DNA of 59,491 nt. Source: a virus. Lineage: Duplodnaviria > Caudoviricetes. This document shows positions 38,172 to 47,557 of this stretch, piece after piece. Within the stretch, counting starts at the first letter, position 1. The number at the start of each line of letters is the position of its first letter. Location: the IMG/VR virus record IMGVR_UViG_3300049045_000044, positions 1 through 59,491 of that record, one strand, 5' to 3'. A model generated the notes under the pieces. That model did not search any database and was not told the origin of the DNA. It saw only the letters and a program-made list of their open reading frames with translations. Made by a program: the position numbers and the translations under genes.

Positions 38172-38445
38172 TTTGTGTTCCTTTATCCAATCTCCTCAAC
38201 GCTTCCAATACCCGCAACGGCCGGAACAAAAACACTAGCCCCGGTACTTTGCGCGATTCAATCCAGAAAATACCTTCGCCACGCACAATAACGGCCGTAT
38301 CAAGGACGGCCGTTCCGCTAGGGTTGCTAACCCGCAACCTATCCCAATGTGCGTATTGCAGGCTTAGATTGTGCGCCTGAGATAGCGCGGATATGGCAGA
38401 GAGGACGGCCGTGTCGCGTTCGTTCACGCTTCTACCACTTTCCAC
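38158..38445 (-). CDS. Hypothetical protein
   Basis: In operon, overlapping neighbours. Confidence 0.5.
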   Translation of the reverse strand: MESGRSVNERDTAVLSAISALSQAHNLSLQYAHWDRLRVSNPSGTAVLDTAVIVRGEGIFWIESRKVPGLVFLFRPLRVLEALRRLDKGTQNGQK

Positions 38446-38783
38446 AAACCCGTTGCCTCTTTCACGCCATTAGATAAATACCGCCCGGCCACCATAAAAC
38501 GGGCTACATACTCAGGATGCAAGGTGAACCATTCGGCCGGCGGCATATTGCCCTTTTCAAGATTGCATGGCTGGCAACACGGCACTAGATTAGACTTGCT
38601 AGAAAGAATACGATGAATTGTACCGGGGTCTAATGACCTTAGCCCCCTGCTATTCTTTAGTAGGTATGACCTAGATCGCGGGATAACATGATCCCTGGTA
38701 TCTGCCCACTTACCGCAGTAGGCGCATACCTCGCCGCCCAATTGGTTCAGCGTAAACCGTTTGGGATTGTTGACCTGTTTCAC
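38424..38783 (-). CDS. HNH endonuclease
   Basis: CAYCG, DHVIP, NLVPCCQPCNLEK. Confidence 0.9.
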   Translation of the reverse strand: MKQVNNPKRFTLNQLGGEVCAYCGKWADTRDHVIPRSRSYLLKNSRGLRSLDPGTIHRILSSKSNLVPCCQPCNLEKGNMPPAEWFTLHPEYVARFMVAGRYLSNGVKEATGLWKVVEA

Positions 38784-38919
38784 GCCTTCACCTTTCCGTG
38801 TCTATCGACCGCCGGGCAAACGTACATCACCTTGCCCGTTGACAGCGTAATGAGCAGTAGCGGCCGTTGACAGATGGGGCATAGGCGGGCGGTGGAACGG
38901 CCGGTCATTAAGCCTCGTT

Positions 38920-39186
38920 TCATTGTGGGTTGTTCTCCCGCCAGCATGATTGACAAGCCAGCCGGCCGTGTTCGTGATAGCCGGCCCAAACGGTGTTCTC
39001 TAAATCTTCCAGGGTTGTGTATTGGCGTAAGCAGTATTTACACTTCTCGCCCAGATACATGGACAGTGCCAGCCTAACCATTGCCGGCCTGTTTTCGTCT
39101 GTTAATGTCACAACCGTAAGCCGATGGCCGCCAGCGTCTATCTCGGTTACATCTTCGACTTTGAGCAGCTCAAATTCATTGTCCAC
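38920..39186 (-). CDS. Zn-finger hypothetical protein
   Basis: CKYC...ACQSC. Confidence 0.6.
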   Translation of the reverse strand: MDNEFELLKVEDVTEIDAGGHRLTVVTLTDENRPAMVRLALSMYLGEKCKYCLRQYTTLEDLENTVWAGYHEHGRLACQSCWRENNPQ

Positions 39187-39556
39187 TGTTTTTTCTTGCC
39201 TCCTGAACTAACTCGCTACCCTCGCCAATCTGACGGCGAAAGCGATAAACCAGCCTCCACAAATATCGCCGTTGCCCGTCTGTCATTTCGGCCGTATCGC
39301 TCTGGGCAACGGCCGCCATGTCCCGGCTGAACCGCTTTTCGTAACTACCGGGCAACATGCGGCACGAATACAACGCCTCAATTGCTGCCCGTTCCCTGTC
39401 TGTGATGGGAGACTTGGGGAGACCGGCCGTTTCAACCTCATTGCGCTCTACCCTATCGGCGGCCGTCATACGAGAGGCATAGCGGTCTGCCCACTTTTGG
39501 GCGAGGGCGGGATCGAGTAGGTTTAGCAAGTGCATGTCACGGGATTGTTTAGTCAC
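39176..39556 (-). CDS. Hypothetical protein
   Basis: LPGSYEKRF..DM...MTDGQ..YLWRLVYRFRRQI. Confidence 0.65.
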   Translation of the reverse strand: MTKQSRDMHLLNLLDPALAQKWADRYASRMTAADRVERNEVETAGLPKSPITDRERAAIEALYSCRMLPGSYEKRFSRDMAAVAQSDTAEMTDGQRRYLWRLVYRFRRQIGEGSELVQEARKNSGQ

Positions 39557-39827
39557 GCCGTTTTTTCTCCTTAATCCCGTACTGTTCCTTCTTTGACTTC
39601 TTCGGCAAGCCTAGCTGATTCCAGTTCCACGATCCGGTTGCCCCGGCCGTATCTTGTTTTGGCTCCTGCTCTGGTTGCGCGTCCGCTACCTTCCGTACAT
39701 TCGCCCTGCAAAAAACATCACTGCACGTCCACCTAGCGCCAATAGTTGACGGGTCAAAGTACAACTCGCTCCCATCACATTCAGCGCCGCAGGCCATACA
39801 TTTGTATCGGCCGGTTGGTTTGTTCAT
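39549..39827 (-). CDS. Zn-ribbon hypothetical protein
   Basis: CMAC...CSDVFC. Confidence 0.6.
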   Translation of the reverse strand: MNKPTGRYKCMACGAECDGSELYFDPSTIGARWTCSDVFCRANVRKVADAQPEQEPKQDTAGATGSWNWNQLGLPKKSKKEQYGIKEKKRRD

Positions 39828-39972
39828 TTCCGCCTACCCCTCCCCAACCGTTTCGGCATGGGCGCACCGGCCGTGCGTACCCACCATTGAGGACGAACAA
39901 CGGCCGTAACGACCAGGATAACGAGTAGTAGGATAGGGACGGCACAGAATAGGGTAGTGATTAGTTGGTCGC

Positions 39973-40188
39973 TCATTGTTGCCGTTTCTCTAGTGTCTCG
40001 CGCCAGTTTACAGACCTACCCGCGTATATGGCGCGGCCGTTGTCGCCGTCCGTCCAGACGGCAAGCGCTGCCTTTGGCTTTTTTAGATACCAATACCAAC
40101 GGCCGTTTGCATCCATAGCCAACCACCGCGCCCAACCAGGCGCATCACTCCACAATGGTTTATCCGTTCTCTCGCTCGGTTCGTTCAT
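39973..40188 (-). CDS. Conserved phage hypothetical protein
   Basis: WSDAPGWARWLAMDANGRWYWY..KP...WRETLEKR. Confidence 0.75.
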   Translation of the reverse strand: MNEPSERTDKPLWSDAPGWARWLAMDANGRWYWYLKKPKAALAVWTDGDNGRAIYAGRSVNWRETLEKRQQ

Positions 40189-40219
40189 TCTATTTCCCTT
40201 TCTGCTCTCAATAAACGAA

Positions 40220-40429
40220 TCACCTTATCTGCCTGGTGTCTGTCGCTTTCCTTCGATAGCGCAGCCATGTCGGACTGTCAGATTCTTCTTCGGCCGGGTG
40301 TTCAAGCTCCCACCATGCACGATCAACCACCGCGTCAAACCCGTAAAGCAGAGAATCGTACTCTGCAACGGTTAGGGGCATTGCGTCGTCGTCGGTGTTC
40401 AGCATGTTAATATCTCTAAACATCGTCAC
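40220..40429 (-). CDS. Hypothetical protein
   Basis: GTGA-coupled ORF. Confidence 0.5.
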   Translation of the reverse strand: MTMFRDINMLNTDDDAMPLTVAEYDSLLYGFDAVVDRAWWELEHPAEEESDSPTWLRYRRKATDTRQIR

Positions 40430-40614
40430 GGTGTCACTCTCCTTTCCTTTGCCAACTCTACCCGGTAATCAATACCCGGCCAGTTGGCGTTAAGCCGTGC
40501 CATCAGATGCTCGGTCACGGCCGCATTGCGCGGAATACCGTCTGATTCACGACGGCCGGGCTTGATGCGACTAGGCCAGGTAATGAGGTATCGTAGATTA
40601 TCGCTTGCTTCCAT
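40426..40614 (-). CDS. Hypothetical protein
   Basis: In operon. Confidence 0.5.
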   Translation of the reverse strand: MEASDNLRYLITWPSRIKPGRRESDGIPRNAAVTEHLMARLNANWPGIDYRVELAKERRVTP

Positions 40615-40790
40615 TTCGTTTCACGCTCCAAATAAACAACACAAATGACACTGCGTATAGAACGGCTAGGATAATGAGGACGGCCGTCCAGAGGGTCATA
40701 ACCCACGCTCCCGTGTCATCTTATCCACCACGAACATGGCCGTCACCGCTACCAGCGCGATTATGCCAGCAATGCAGACGGCCGGGAGGG

Positions 40791-41507
40791 TCATTGGTTA
40801 TCTATCTCCAATAGGTCAAATCGGTTGTGAAACTTTTGATATTTACCTATAGACGGCCGGGCGGTAGGCCAGCAGAAAACGACCTGCTCCGTTCCAGGGG
40901 GGACGACATCATGGGGAACAACAAAAACTTCTTTGGTGTCAGCTATGATGAACAGATAGAAGTCTCCCCGCGCCTCTCCAATTGGTTTGTTTACCCCAAA
41001 TCTATAAGCTGGATTTATTACCTTATCCATAATACTCGGTGACTTTTTTGGGGTTAGACAAGCCTTAACGTCCACCCTCCAACCATTAACAATCAAATCA
41101 TAGCCACTGTTTTTAGGGGGCATGACCTCACATTTCATGCCCATATCTGACAGGATACCCACTGCCCACTCCTCCCACACCTGGCCTATTCGCCCCGCTG
41201 ATTTATCATTGGCAATCCGCTTTGGTAATCCTACGCGATATTTGCCTACCGTTGATACGGATATACCCAGCGTATCGGCCACATCATGATTTGTCTGGAT
41301 ATAATCGGAGGAGCGGATACGCTCCACTTTGTCGGTACGAGAGGATAGCGGGATATTTCCAGTATTGCCGATTATCTGCCGCACGCGTTCGCGGGACAAA
41401 CCACCAAATTTGCTACCAATTTCACCGAGAGACAAACCGGCAAAATCTCGCATAAGCCGCATAATCGTTTGTCGCTCTCGATTGGCGGGGCTGATCCTAT
41501 GAGGCAT
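40791..41507 (-). CDS. HTH (sigma70 r4-like) plus PD-(D/E)XK nuclease-like protein
   Basis: LSLGEIG.KFG.LSRERVRQI; G...E; YDLIVNGWRVDVK. Confidence 0.7.
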   Translation of the reverse strand: MPHRISPANRERQTIMRLMRDFAGLSLGEIGSKFGGLSRERVRQIIGNTGNIPLSSRTDKVERIRSSDYIQTNHDVADTLGISVSTVGKYRVGLPKRIANDKSAGRIGQVWEEWAVGILSDMGMKCEVMPPKNSGYDLIVNGWRVDVKACLTPKKSPSIMDKVINPAYRFGVNKPIGEARGDFYLFIIADTKEVFVVPHDVVPPGTEQVVFCWPTARPSIGKYQKFHNRFDLLEIDNQ

Positions 41508-41760
41508 TAGCGGTCTCCGGTAGGCATTCCGGCCGTGTCACATTGTAAACGACCAGGTTATACTCAGGACAATAGTGGCGCATCCGTTCCACCGCTTCGA
41601 CTACCTCGCGCTGGCGTTCAGCTATCACGCCGTCTACGGCCGCAACCGGCACAACCCACTTGAGGCCGTCTTTTCGGCCGTGCATCTTGGCAAAATACAA
41701 GGCGGTAGGGTAAGACCACCCCAAGATTTCCTTTGTTTGTTCAATGGTTAATTCATCCAT
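41497..41760 (-). CDS. HTH DNA-binding (excisionase/MerR-like) protein, leaderless
   Basis: LTIEQTKEILGWS...GRK.G.KWVVP. Confidence 0.6.
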   Translation of the reverse strand: MDELTIEQTKEILGWSYPTALYFAKMHGRKDGLKWVVPVAAVDGVIAERQREVVEAVERMRHYCPEYNLVVYNVTRPECLPETANAS

Positions 41761-41766
41761 GCCAAT

Positions 41767-41842
41767 AGATTAGCACCTTTTCAATCCCTTGTCAAACAGT
41801 TTATAGCAATTGCTTGACATCTGCTATAAAGTAGTTTATACT
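41767..41842. promoter_or_regulatory. Divergent promoter pair, both driving leaderless genes
   Basis: Minus TTGACA(41795-90)-17-TAATCT; plus TTGACA(41814-19)-17-TATACT. Confidence 0.8.
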
Positions 41843-41849
41843 ACTAATT

Positions 41850-42245
41850 ATGAACAAGAACGGGTCGAAGTGGATTACTCGAAACGCCAGATTAGCCATC
41901 TACCTACGCGACGGTATGGCCTGCGCCTACTGTGGCAACACCATAGAGGACGGCGCGAAATTGACGCTAGACCACCTGACACCCCGTTCGGCCGGTGGCA
42001 ATAACAAGCCCGCCAATCTGATCACGGCCTGTCATCTGTGCAACAGCAACCGAGGCGACCGTGAAGTGGGCGAGTTCATTAGTTCTGTAGCCGCCTACCT
42101 CAATCACGGCGTAACGGCCGAAATGATAGGTGGCCATATTGCCAATTGCACCGGCCGCGACCTGAAGCCCTTCCGGGTTATGGCCGCAGAGATTATCAAG
42201 TTACGGCCGGTGTGGGCAGACGCGATTAAGTTAGCGAGTCGGTAA
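41850..42245 (+). CDS. HNH endonuclease
   Basis: IYLRDG..CAYCG, LTLDHL.P, NLITACHLCNS.R. Confidence 0.92.
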   Translation: MNKNGSKWITRNARLAIYLRDGMACAYCGNTIEDGAKLTLDHLTPRSAGGNNKPANLITACHLCNSNRGDREVGEFISSVAAYLNHGVTAEMIGGHIANCTGRDLKPFRVMAAEIIKLRPVWADAIKLASR

Positions 42246-42271
42246 GTTTTATTCAGGAGATATGAACGAAA

Positions 42272-42400
42272 ATGAGTCTTTATTGTCAAGTTTGCCAGCT
42301 AACGACCTGGCATTATTTTATCGGTACGCAGACATTCGGTAAGCGGGTGCTGAACCTGTGGAATTGTCCCTGTGGGGCAACGCAGAGTACAGAGGCGTAG
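42272..42400 (+). CDS. Small Zn-ribbon protein (42 aa, not in ORF track)
   Basis: MSLYCQVCQ..T.H...WNCPCG; AGGAG upstream. Confidence 0.45.
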   Translation: MSLYCQVCQLTTWHYFIGTQTFGKRVLNLWNCPCGATQSTEA

Positions 42401-42410
42401 AAAGGATACA

Positions 42411-42641
42411 ATGACCACCACCGGACAACGACACGAGCTATATCTTTCCTGGTGCGCTGCTCAGGACACGGCCGATAACGCTATTGGCAAGCCCTGGTAC
42501 AATGATCTCGTTGAGGATGCACGGGCAGCCTGGGGTTTGCTACAAGCGGCCGTTGCGGATGCGGCACGAACGATGGAGATTGATGCGGCCGTATGTGATG
42601 CACGGCCGGGAGTGTTGGAACGAATGAGGAGAGCGAGATAG
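42411..42641 (+). CDS. Hypothetical protein
   Basis: AAGGA RBS before ATG 42411. Confidence 0.6.
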   Translation: MTTTGQRHELYLSWCAAQDTADNAIGKPWYNDLVEDARAAWGLLQAAVADAARTMEIDAAVCDARPGVLERMRRAR

Positions 42642-42643
42642 TA

Positions 42644-42859
42644 ATGGACGAACAAACAAGAGGCAAGGTATTAGAGGCATTGATGCTCTTCGAAGATAAT
42701 GAGCGGACATCGGCCAGCGGGAGCGGACTAAGACACCGGGCCGCGAATCGGCGAAAAGCCATCAATCTGCTTTGTGATGTTTTGGGGCTTGAGGATGAAG
42801 ACACCATTACTGAAATGTATTGGAACTGGACTGATTTTCAACAAGAGGAGGATGAATGA
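42644..42859 (+). CDS. Hypothetical protein
   Basis: RBS; coupled. Confidence 0.6.
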   Translation: MDEQTRGKVLEALMLFEDNERTSASGSGLRHRAANRRKAINLLCDVLGLEDEDTITEMYWNWTDFQQEEDE

Positions 42860-43074
42860 AATACTGGTTTGTTGATCACAAGGGTCGGTATACCCGTAAG
42901 GCTCGGATTGCCGATGATAACAACGAAGTTTTTATGGAGATAGCGGCCGATGGCGTGATGGCTATGAAACAGCAGCTTGACGAGATTGCCACCATCCTCA
43001 ACACGGCCGGTATCCCCTACCATGATAATACGGCCGTGCGGGTGAAGGAATTGGCGTTGAGGGCTGGCAAATAG
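42856..43074 (+). CDS. Hypothetical protein
   Basis: GGAGG RBS, ATGA overlap. Confidence 0.65.
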   Translation: MKYWFVDHKGRYTRKARIADDNNEVFMEIAADGVMAMKQQLDEIATILNTAGIPYHDNTAVRVKELALRAGK

Positions 43075-43110
43075 GCGGATGGAGCGAACGAATAATCAGG
43101 AGGAGAACGA

Positions 43111-43485
43111 ATGAATTACACCCTATCTGAACTATACGATATGTACAAAAGGGCCAATGAGCGGGCCGAGCATTGCCGCGAATATCGGCCGCTAGGAACA
43201 TTCGGTATTGCCGTTGGTAATGACAGATATGCCCGGAATTACCGGAAATGGACGGCACTAGCCCAGCGACTAGATATTGCGATTAGGGAGCGTATCAAAG
43301 CGGTAGAGGAGCGGACGGAGCGAACGGCCGTTAATTCGCCGTACAATCGCTATCAGGGAGTGAAACAAACGACCGTCCCCTGCCCCGTCCATTTCTACCG
43401 AGTTTCAGGGGAATGTACGTGTCTTTGCGCTGTATGTGGCAAACCGCTGGGCGAGCGCGAGCATGATGAATGTATCCCGTTTTGA
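43111..43485 (+). CDS. Hypothetical protein with C-terminal Cys motif
   Basis: AGGAGG RBS. Confidence 0.65.
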   Translation: MNYTLSELYDMYKRANERAEHCREYRPLGTFGIAVGNDRYARNYRKWTALAQRLDIAIRERIKAVEERTERTAVNSPYNRYQGVKQTTVPCPVHFYRVSGECTCLCAVCGKPLGEREHDECIPF

Positions 43486-43508
43486 TTTTTAAGGAGAACC
43501 AAAAGAAA

Positions 43509-44726
43509 ATGAATGACAACGGTCAGGACAAAAGTTTAGTAATTGTTGAGGATGGTATTTTGCCAGGTACGGCCGTCAACTATCCCCAAGTGACGGCTTT
43601 GGCAGACCGCTTGATGTCGCTTCACCCGGCCGCGCGCGAGGTGGGGGTAGATGCAATGCGCTCGGTAGCGATGCTGGCCTTGACCACCGGAGCCAATCCG
43701 CTACCCGGCACAAATGGTATTCACGCCTGGAAGGACAACAAGGGTAAGATTGCCATTCAATTGGGCATCGGCTTTTTGCGGGGTGAAGTCGAAAAGGTAG
43801 GCGGCCTCTTGTGGGCCGAACGGCCGCGTCCGATGTCGCCAGAGGAGCGCAAGAAATACAATATCCCTGATGGCATTGCCGCCGCCTATTGCCGGGCTGC
43901 ACTCGGAAAGGCTGTTTTTGACCTGATGCGGAAGGCACGAGAGTTTGGCATTACTCTATCCCTGAAAGAGGCCAAAGAGGAAGTCGCGGCCGAGGGCATT
44001 GGCACGGCTGGGCAAAACGACTATGCCAAAGCGGGACGGCCGCATATCTGGACGGCAACCGAACGGGCGGAACGTGACCTTATTCGCCACCTTGTCCCTA
44101 TCCTGAAAGAAGCGCGGGAGCGGATGATTACGGGCGAGTTTGTCAAGGGTGGCCCTGACTGGACACCGGGCGAATTTGTCCGTAGCCATGATGCTGAACC
44201 ATTACCGGCCGGGTATGATTACCGGCAAGCCAATGCCGATTTGTTTGGCGATGAGGAGCCGGACGCAAAGAAAGGAGTCACATACATCATTGATGAAATC
44301 AGCGGCCGGATGCTAGGTGAAAAGATAGATGAAGACACGGCCTTTTTTTACGATGACCAGCCAGAACAACATAACTGGCACGAGGCCGCAGACACGGCCG
44401 AAACGCTGGACGGTTGGGCCTTCGCCGTCTACCAACTGACTGATACTATTTACCGGGATGCCGGCCAGGTACGGGCCGGGTATCTGAAAATCATTGGCGA
44501 ATATGATCCAATGCACAACCAGGAAGCGCGAGAGGTCTTTGAGTGGTACACGCAGGCCATTGCTGATAGCAAGGACAAGCGTGGCCCGCTGGAAATTGCC
44601 CGCCATAAATACGCAGTTGCTACCGGCGCACTTGTAGAAGAGTCGGGAGAAGAGGGCGTGGCTATGACTGAACCGGCCGAACCATTGCCCGCCGCCGAAT
44701 CAGAGGAAATCCCATTCGAGGTATAG
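43509..44726 (+). CDS. Putative single-strand annealing (Bet/RecT-like) recombination protein
   Basis: GANPL...IHAW..KG.I.I.LGI.FLR resembles the Bet core; acidic C-terminus EEIPF; AAGGAG RBS. Confidence 0.5.
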   Translation: MNDNGQDKSLVIVEDGILPGTAVNYPQVTALADRLMSLHPAAREVGVDAMRSVAMLALTTGANPLPGTNGIHAWKDNKGKIAIQLGIGFLRGEVEKVGGLLWAERPRPMSPEERKKYNIPDGIAAAYCRAALGKAVFDLMRKAREFGITLSLKEAKEEVAAEGIGTAGQNDYAKAGRPHIWTATERAERDLIRHLVPILKEARERMITGEFVKGGPDWTPGEFVRSHDAEPLPAGYDYRQANADLFGDEEPDAKKGVTYIIDEISGRMLGEKIDEDTAFFYDDQPEQHNWHEAADTAETLDGWAFAVYQLTDTIYRDAGQVRAGYLKIIGEYDPMHNQEAREVFEWYTQAIADSKDKRGPLEIARHKYAVATGALVEESGEEGVAMTEPAEPLPAAESEEIPFEV

Positions 44727-44790
44727 GCTTTTAGCGGGGAATGAGGGTGCTTATTGGCGGTCGCACATAACGGATAAGGAAGGTATTGAA

Positions 44791-45045
44791 ATGATTAAAC
44801 AACCGCAGCTAAAGATAGGGCTACATCTTGAGCCGCCCTTGTATCGTGATGATTACGAATACATAGAGGAAAACGCCCCCGGCTTCTTGCTCCAATTAGA
44901 AGCCGCCTTGCTTGACGGGTACAGTCCCCAGGACATCTACCTGCACTACATGGACATTTCACCCCACCGTAAGCCGTTTTGGATTCGTATTCGCCACGCT
45001 GCTATTTACTTGCAGCAACAGGCAATGGCAGACTGCGCGAAGTAG
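44791..45045 (+). CDS. Hypothetical protein
   Basis: ORF with RBS. Confidence 0.6.
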   Translation: MIKQPQLKIGLHLEPPLYRDDYEYIEENAPGFLLQLEAALLDGYSPQDIYLHYMDISPHRKPFWIRIRHAAIYLQQQAMADCAK

Positions 45046-45111
45046 CCAGCGTTATTGACCCGGCCGTTTCGGCTGCGCGTGGGGCCGAAACGGCCGGGTG
45101 GAGGTAGTAAA

Positions 45112-45333
45112 ATGAACAAACCATATCCGAGCGGGGGTAATTATCCCGAAACAAAAGAAGATTGGGCCGAACAATTCATACGCCCGCTTGTGGCAGCGAC
45201 ACCAGAACAGTTAAATGTCTGGACACAGACAATGATCGCCCAAGGTGGCAAGTTTGAAATCATGGCCCGGCACATGATTGGCGAATTTGACTTGGAGGAA
45301 GCTGGCCGGCGCATAGATAGGTTGAATCAATGA
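45112..45333 (+). CDS. Hypothetical protein
   Basis: GGAGG RBS after a 16-bp hairpin. Confidence 0.6.
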   Translation: MNKPYPSGGNYPETKEDWAEQFIRPLVAATPEQLNVWTQTMIAQGGKFEIMARHMIGEFDLEEAGRRIDRLNQ

Positions 45334-45521
45334 CCCAAACCGAACTCGACGAAATCCGCCAACGCTACGCCCAACCGCTCGATATTCGCTACACCACGGC
45401 GGCCGTCCAATCACTATGGCAACAGGCGCAACAGGACATTGCCGCCCTGCTGCAAGAGATTGCTGAACTGAGGGACGAGTACTTTAACTTGGCAATGGAA
45501 CTGATAGAGGAGAAGGAATGA
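45330..45521 (+). CDS. Coiled-coil hypothetical protein
   Basis: MTQTELDEIRQR...DIAALLQEIAELR. Confidence 0.65.
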   Translation: MTQTELDEIRQRYAQPLDIRYTTAAVQSLWQQAQQDIAALLQEIAELRDEYFNLAMELIEEKE

Positions 45522-45754
45522 CCACTCCCCTAACCCCGGCCGATTGCGCCCATATCGCCCACTGCCACCCGGAAACGATTAGACGGGCCTGTATCAATGG
45601 CAGCTTGACGGCCGCTCGAATGGGCAATAATTGGATGATTGCGCCAGACAGTTTACAACGGTGGATTGACGGCCGTAAACGGTTGGACGGCCGGATGGTG
45701 AATAAGCGGCGACGGTTGATTGCCAGGATGGTGGCAAAGGTGAAGGCAAAATAA
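45518..45754 (+). CDS. Excisionase-family HTH protein
   Basis: LTPADCA....HPETIRR...G.L.A.RMG..W.I. Confidence 0.8.
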   Translation: MTTPLTPADCAHIAHCHPETIRRACINGSLTAARMGNNWMIAPDSLQRWIDGRKRLDGRMVNKRRRLIARMVAKVKAK

Positions 45755-46224
45755 TGAGCAACTTTACCGATGAGCAACTAGCCGCCATACTCACGCAACC
45801 GGACTATGCCGTACTGGACGAAAGTCCGGCCGGTGTCAATATAGGCAGCGCAGACAGCGAACTTGAGGCTGTCGGCCGTCAGGTGACTATCCATGATGGC
45901 AAGCGGGGCAACAAGTTCAATGCTGTCCGTACCGAGATTGACGGCCGTATATTTGACAGCAAGGCAGAGAGTCGCCGTTACCTTCAACTCAGGCAGCTTG
46001 AGGATGACGGCCGTATCTCTCAACTAAAGCTACAGCCCCGCTTCCCGCTGGTGGTAAACGGGCAAAAGATTGCTGATTATGTGGCTGACTTTTCGTTCGT
46101 AGACGAGAACGGTAAGGCAACCGTCGAAGATGTAAAATCGGGGCCAACAAAAACAGCTTCCTACCGGCTTAAGCGAAAGTTAGTTAAGGCATTGTATGGA
46201 ATCGAGATCGTGGAGGTTGAATGA
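45754..46224 (+). CDS. DUF1064-family endonuclease
   Basis: NKFNA.RT.IDG..FDSKAE..RY, LQPRF, YVADF, VEDVK, Y.LK.KL. Confidence 0.88.
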   Translation: MSNFTDEQLAAILTQPDYAVLDESPAGVNIGSADSELEAVGRQVTIHDGKRGNKFNAVRTEIDGRIFDSKAESRRYLQLRQLEDDGRISQLKLQPRFPLVVNGQKIADYVADFSFVDENGKATVEDVKSGPTKTASYRLKRKLVKALYGIEIVEVE

Positions 46225-46547
46225 CCCGCTACCTAGTCCTAATCGGTAAAGGCGGCGGCCCCCTGGCCCGCTTCGCTTCCCACATTGCCGATAGTGACGG
46301 CCGTTCCATATGCAAGGCCATATCTCAAATGTGGGTATGGGACGGGCATGAAATAGACCGCGGTACATGGCGACTGGTAGACAAGCCAGCTACCGTGATA
46401 TGCCACAAGTGCCGCCAGCAGGTGGCGATATTGGAACGGCCGGTAAAGCCGGTGAAGAAAACACAGGAACAGGTAGCACGCGAGCGCGAGATTGAATTGC
46501 TACTCAGGCTTGATCCTGGATATGCGGAGAGAGTGGTGAAGGAATGA
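46221..46547 (+). CDS. Hypothetical protein
   Basis: ATGA-coupled; H...C...CxxC. Confidence 0.6.
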   Translation: MTRYLVLIGKGGGPLARFASHIADSDGRSICKAISQMWVWDGHEIDRGTWRLVDKPATVICHKCRQQVAILERPVKPVKKTQEQVAREREIELLLRLDPGYAERVVKE

Positions 46548-46710
46548 ACCAACAAGTAACCATCATTTGCCCGGAATGTGACACTGCACAACCGGCCGTT
46601 ATTGACACCTACGACATACCCGGTACGGATTACATCATTGATGGCTATGCCCATGAGTGTATTGAGTGCGGGTATTTGATAACTGAGTCGGAATGGAATG
46701 AGGTTGCGGA

Positions 46711-47061
46711 ATGAGAGAACTAAAGTTTAGAGCCTGGGATGAGTACACTAGAGCATTCGTAGAGATAGACCTACGCAACCGGCCGCCAGATGTCAACCTG
46801 TGGCAGAGTGATGATATTCAGCAGTACACCGGCCTAGAGGATATGAACGGCCGTGAGGTCTGCGAGGGCGATTTGTTGCGAGGCAAAAATACGCCGTTGT
46901 TCACCGTTGTTTTTTACAACGGCTCATTCAAGCTACGGTGGCAGGATAATGGTCCCGATTATGCCGGAAAGAGGCTGGACAATCTCGTAAATGCAGAGGC
47001 TATGAACGACCTACTAGAAGTTGTGGGCAATATCTATCAAAATTCAGAGCTATTGAAATGA
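46711..47061 (+). CDS. YopX-family protein
   Basis: MRELKFRAWD, QYTGLED.NG.E..EGD, EVVGNIYQN.ELL. Confidence 0.92.
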   Translation: MRELKFRAWDEYTRAFVEIDLRNRPPDVNLWQSDDIQQYTGLEDMNGREVCEGDLLRGKNTPLFTVVFYNGSFKLRWQDNGPDYAGKRLDNLVNAEAMNDLLEVVGNIYQNSELLK

Positions 47062-47384
47062 ACCACTCTGCCCAACGCGAAGCGGCCGACCTCCTCCTTT
47101 GCGCCTACGGTGAAACGGTTGACCCCGTAACGGCCGCAAACACCATCGTTGACCTCGCTGAACGTATACAGCGAGAGCGGGATACGACGTTGGTGCAGAT
47201 CGGCCGTAGAATCAGACAGGCACGGCAACGGCCGCCCTACCCATCACAGCGCGAGATTGCCGAACGGATTGGCTTGAGACGGTGGGAAATATCCCGCTTT
47301 GAACGGGGCTATGATGGTGTGTACCAGCATCTTGACGAGTTAGCGGCCGTGTTGGGCGTGACGGTGGCATGGTTGACGGGATAG
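47058..47384 (+). CDS. XRE-family HTH regulator
   Basis: IGRRIRQAR..SQREIAERIG....ISRFERG...LA.VLGV...WL. Confidence 0.85.
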   Translation: MNHSAQREAADLLLCAYGETVDPVTAANTIVDLAERIQRERDTTLVQIGRRIRQARQRPPYPSQREIAERIGLRRWEISRFERGYDGVYQHLDELAAVLGVTVAWLTG

Positions 47385-47401
47385 GCGAATGGTGGTATGA
47401 T
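47373..47401 (+). promoter_or_regulatory. Promoter for the C5 methylase
   Basis: TTGACG-17-TATGAT with extended TG. Confidence 0.7.
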
Positions 47402-47406
47402 TTGCT

Positions 47407-47534
47407 TAATCACACTTGGTAAAAACGTAGGGTATCTGACCCTCGGCTATCATCTCAAATTTAGTTTTCCGCAAGCCCCGCGCTTTCCGCCAGGTGTGAT
47501 TACCTCAAAAATTGAAAGTGACGGGGCTTTTTTT
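47407..47534 (+). ncRNA. Structured 5' leader (A-B-A'-B' attenuator-like), copy 3
   Basis: A 47407-47419 / A' 47490-47502; B 47473-47487 / B' 47514-47529; T-run follows. Confidence 0.55.
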
Positions 47535-47557
47535 ATTGCCCCGAAAGCAATAGCACA

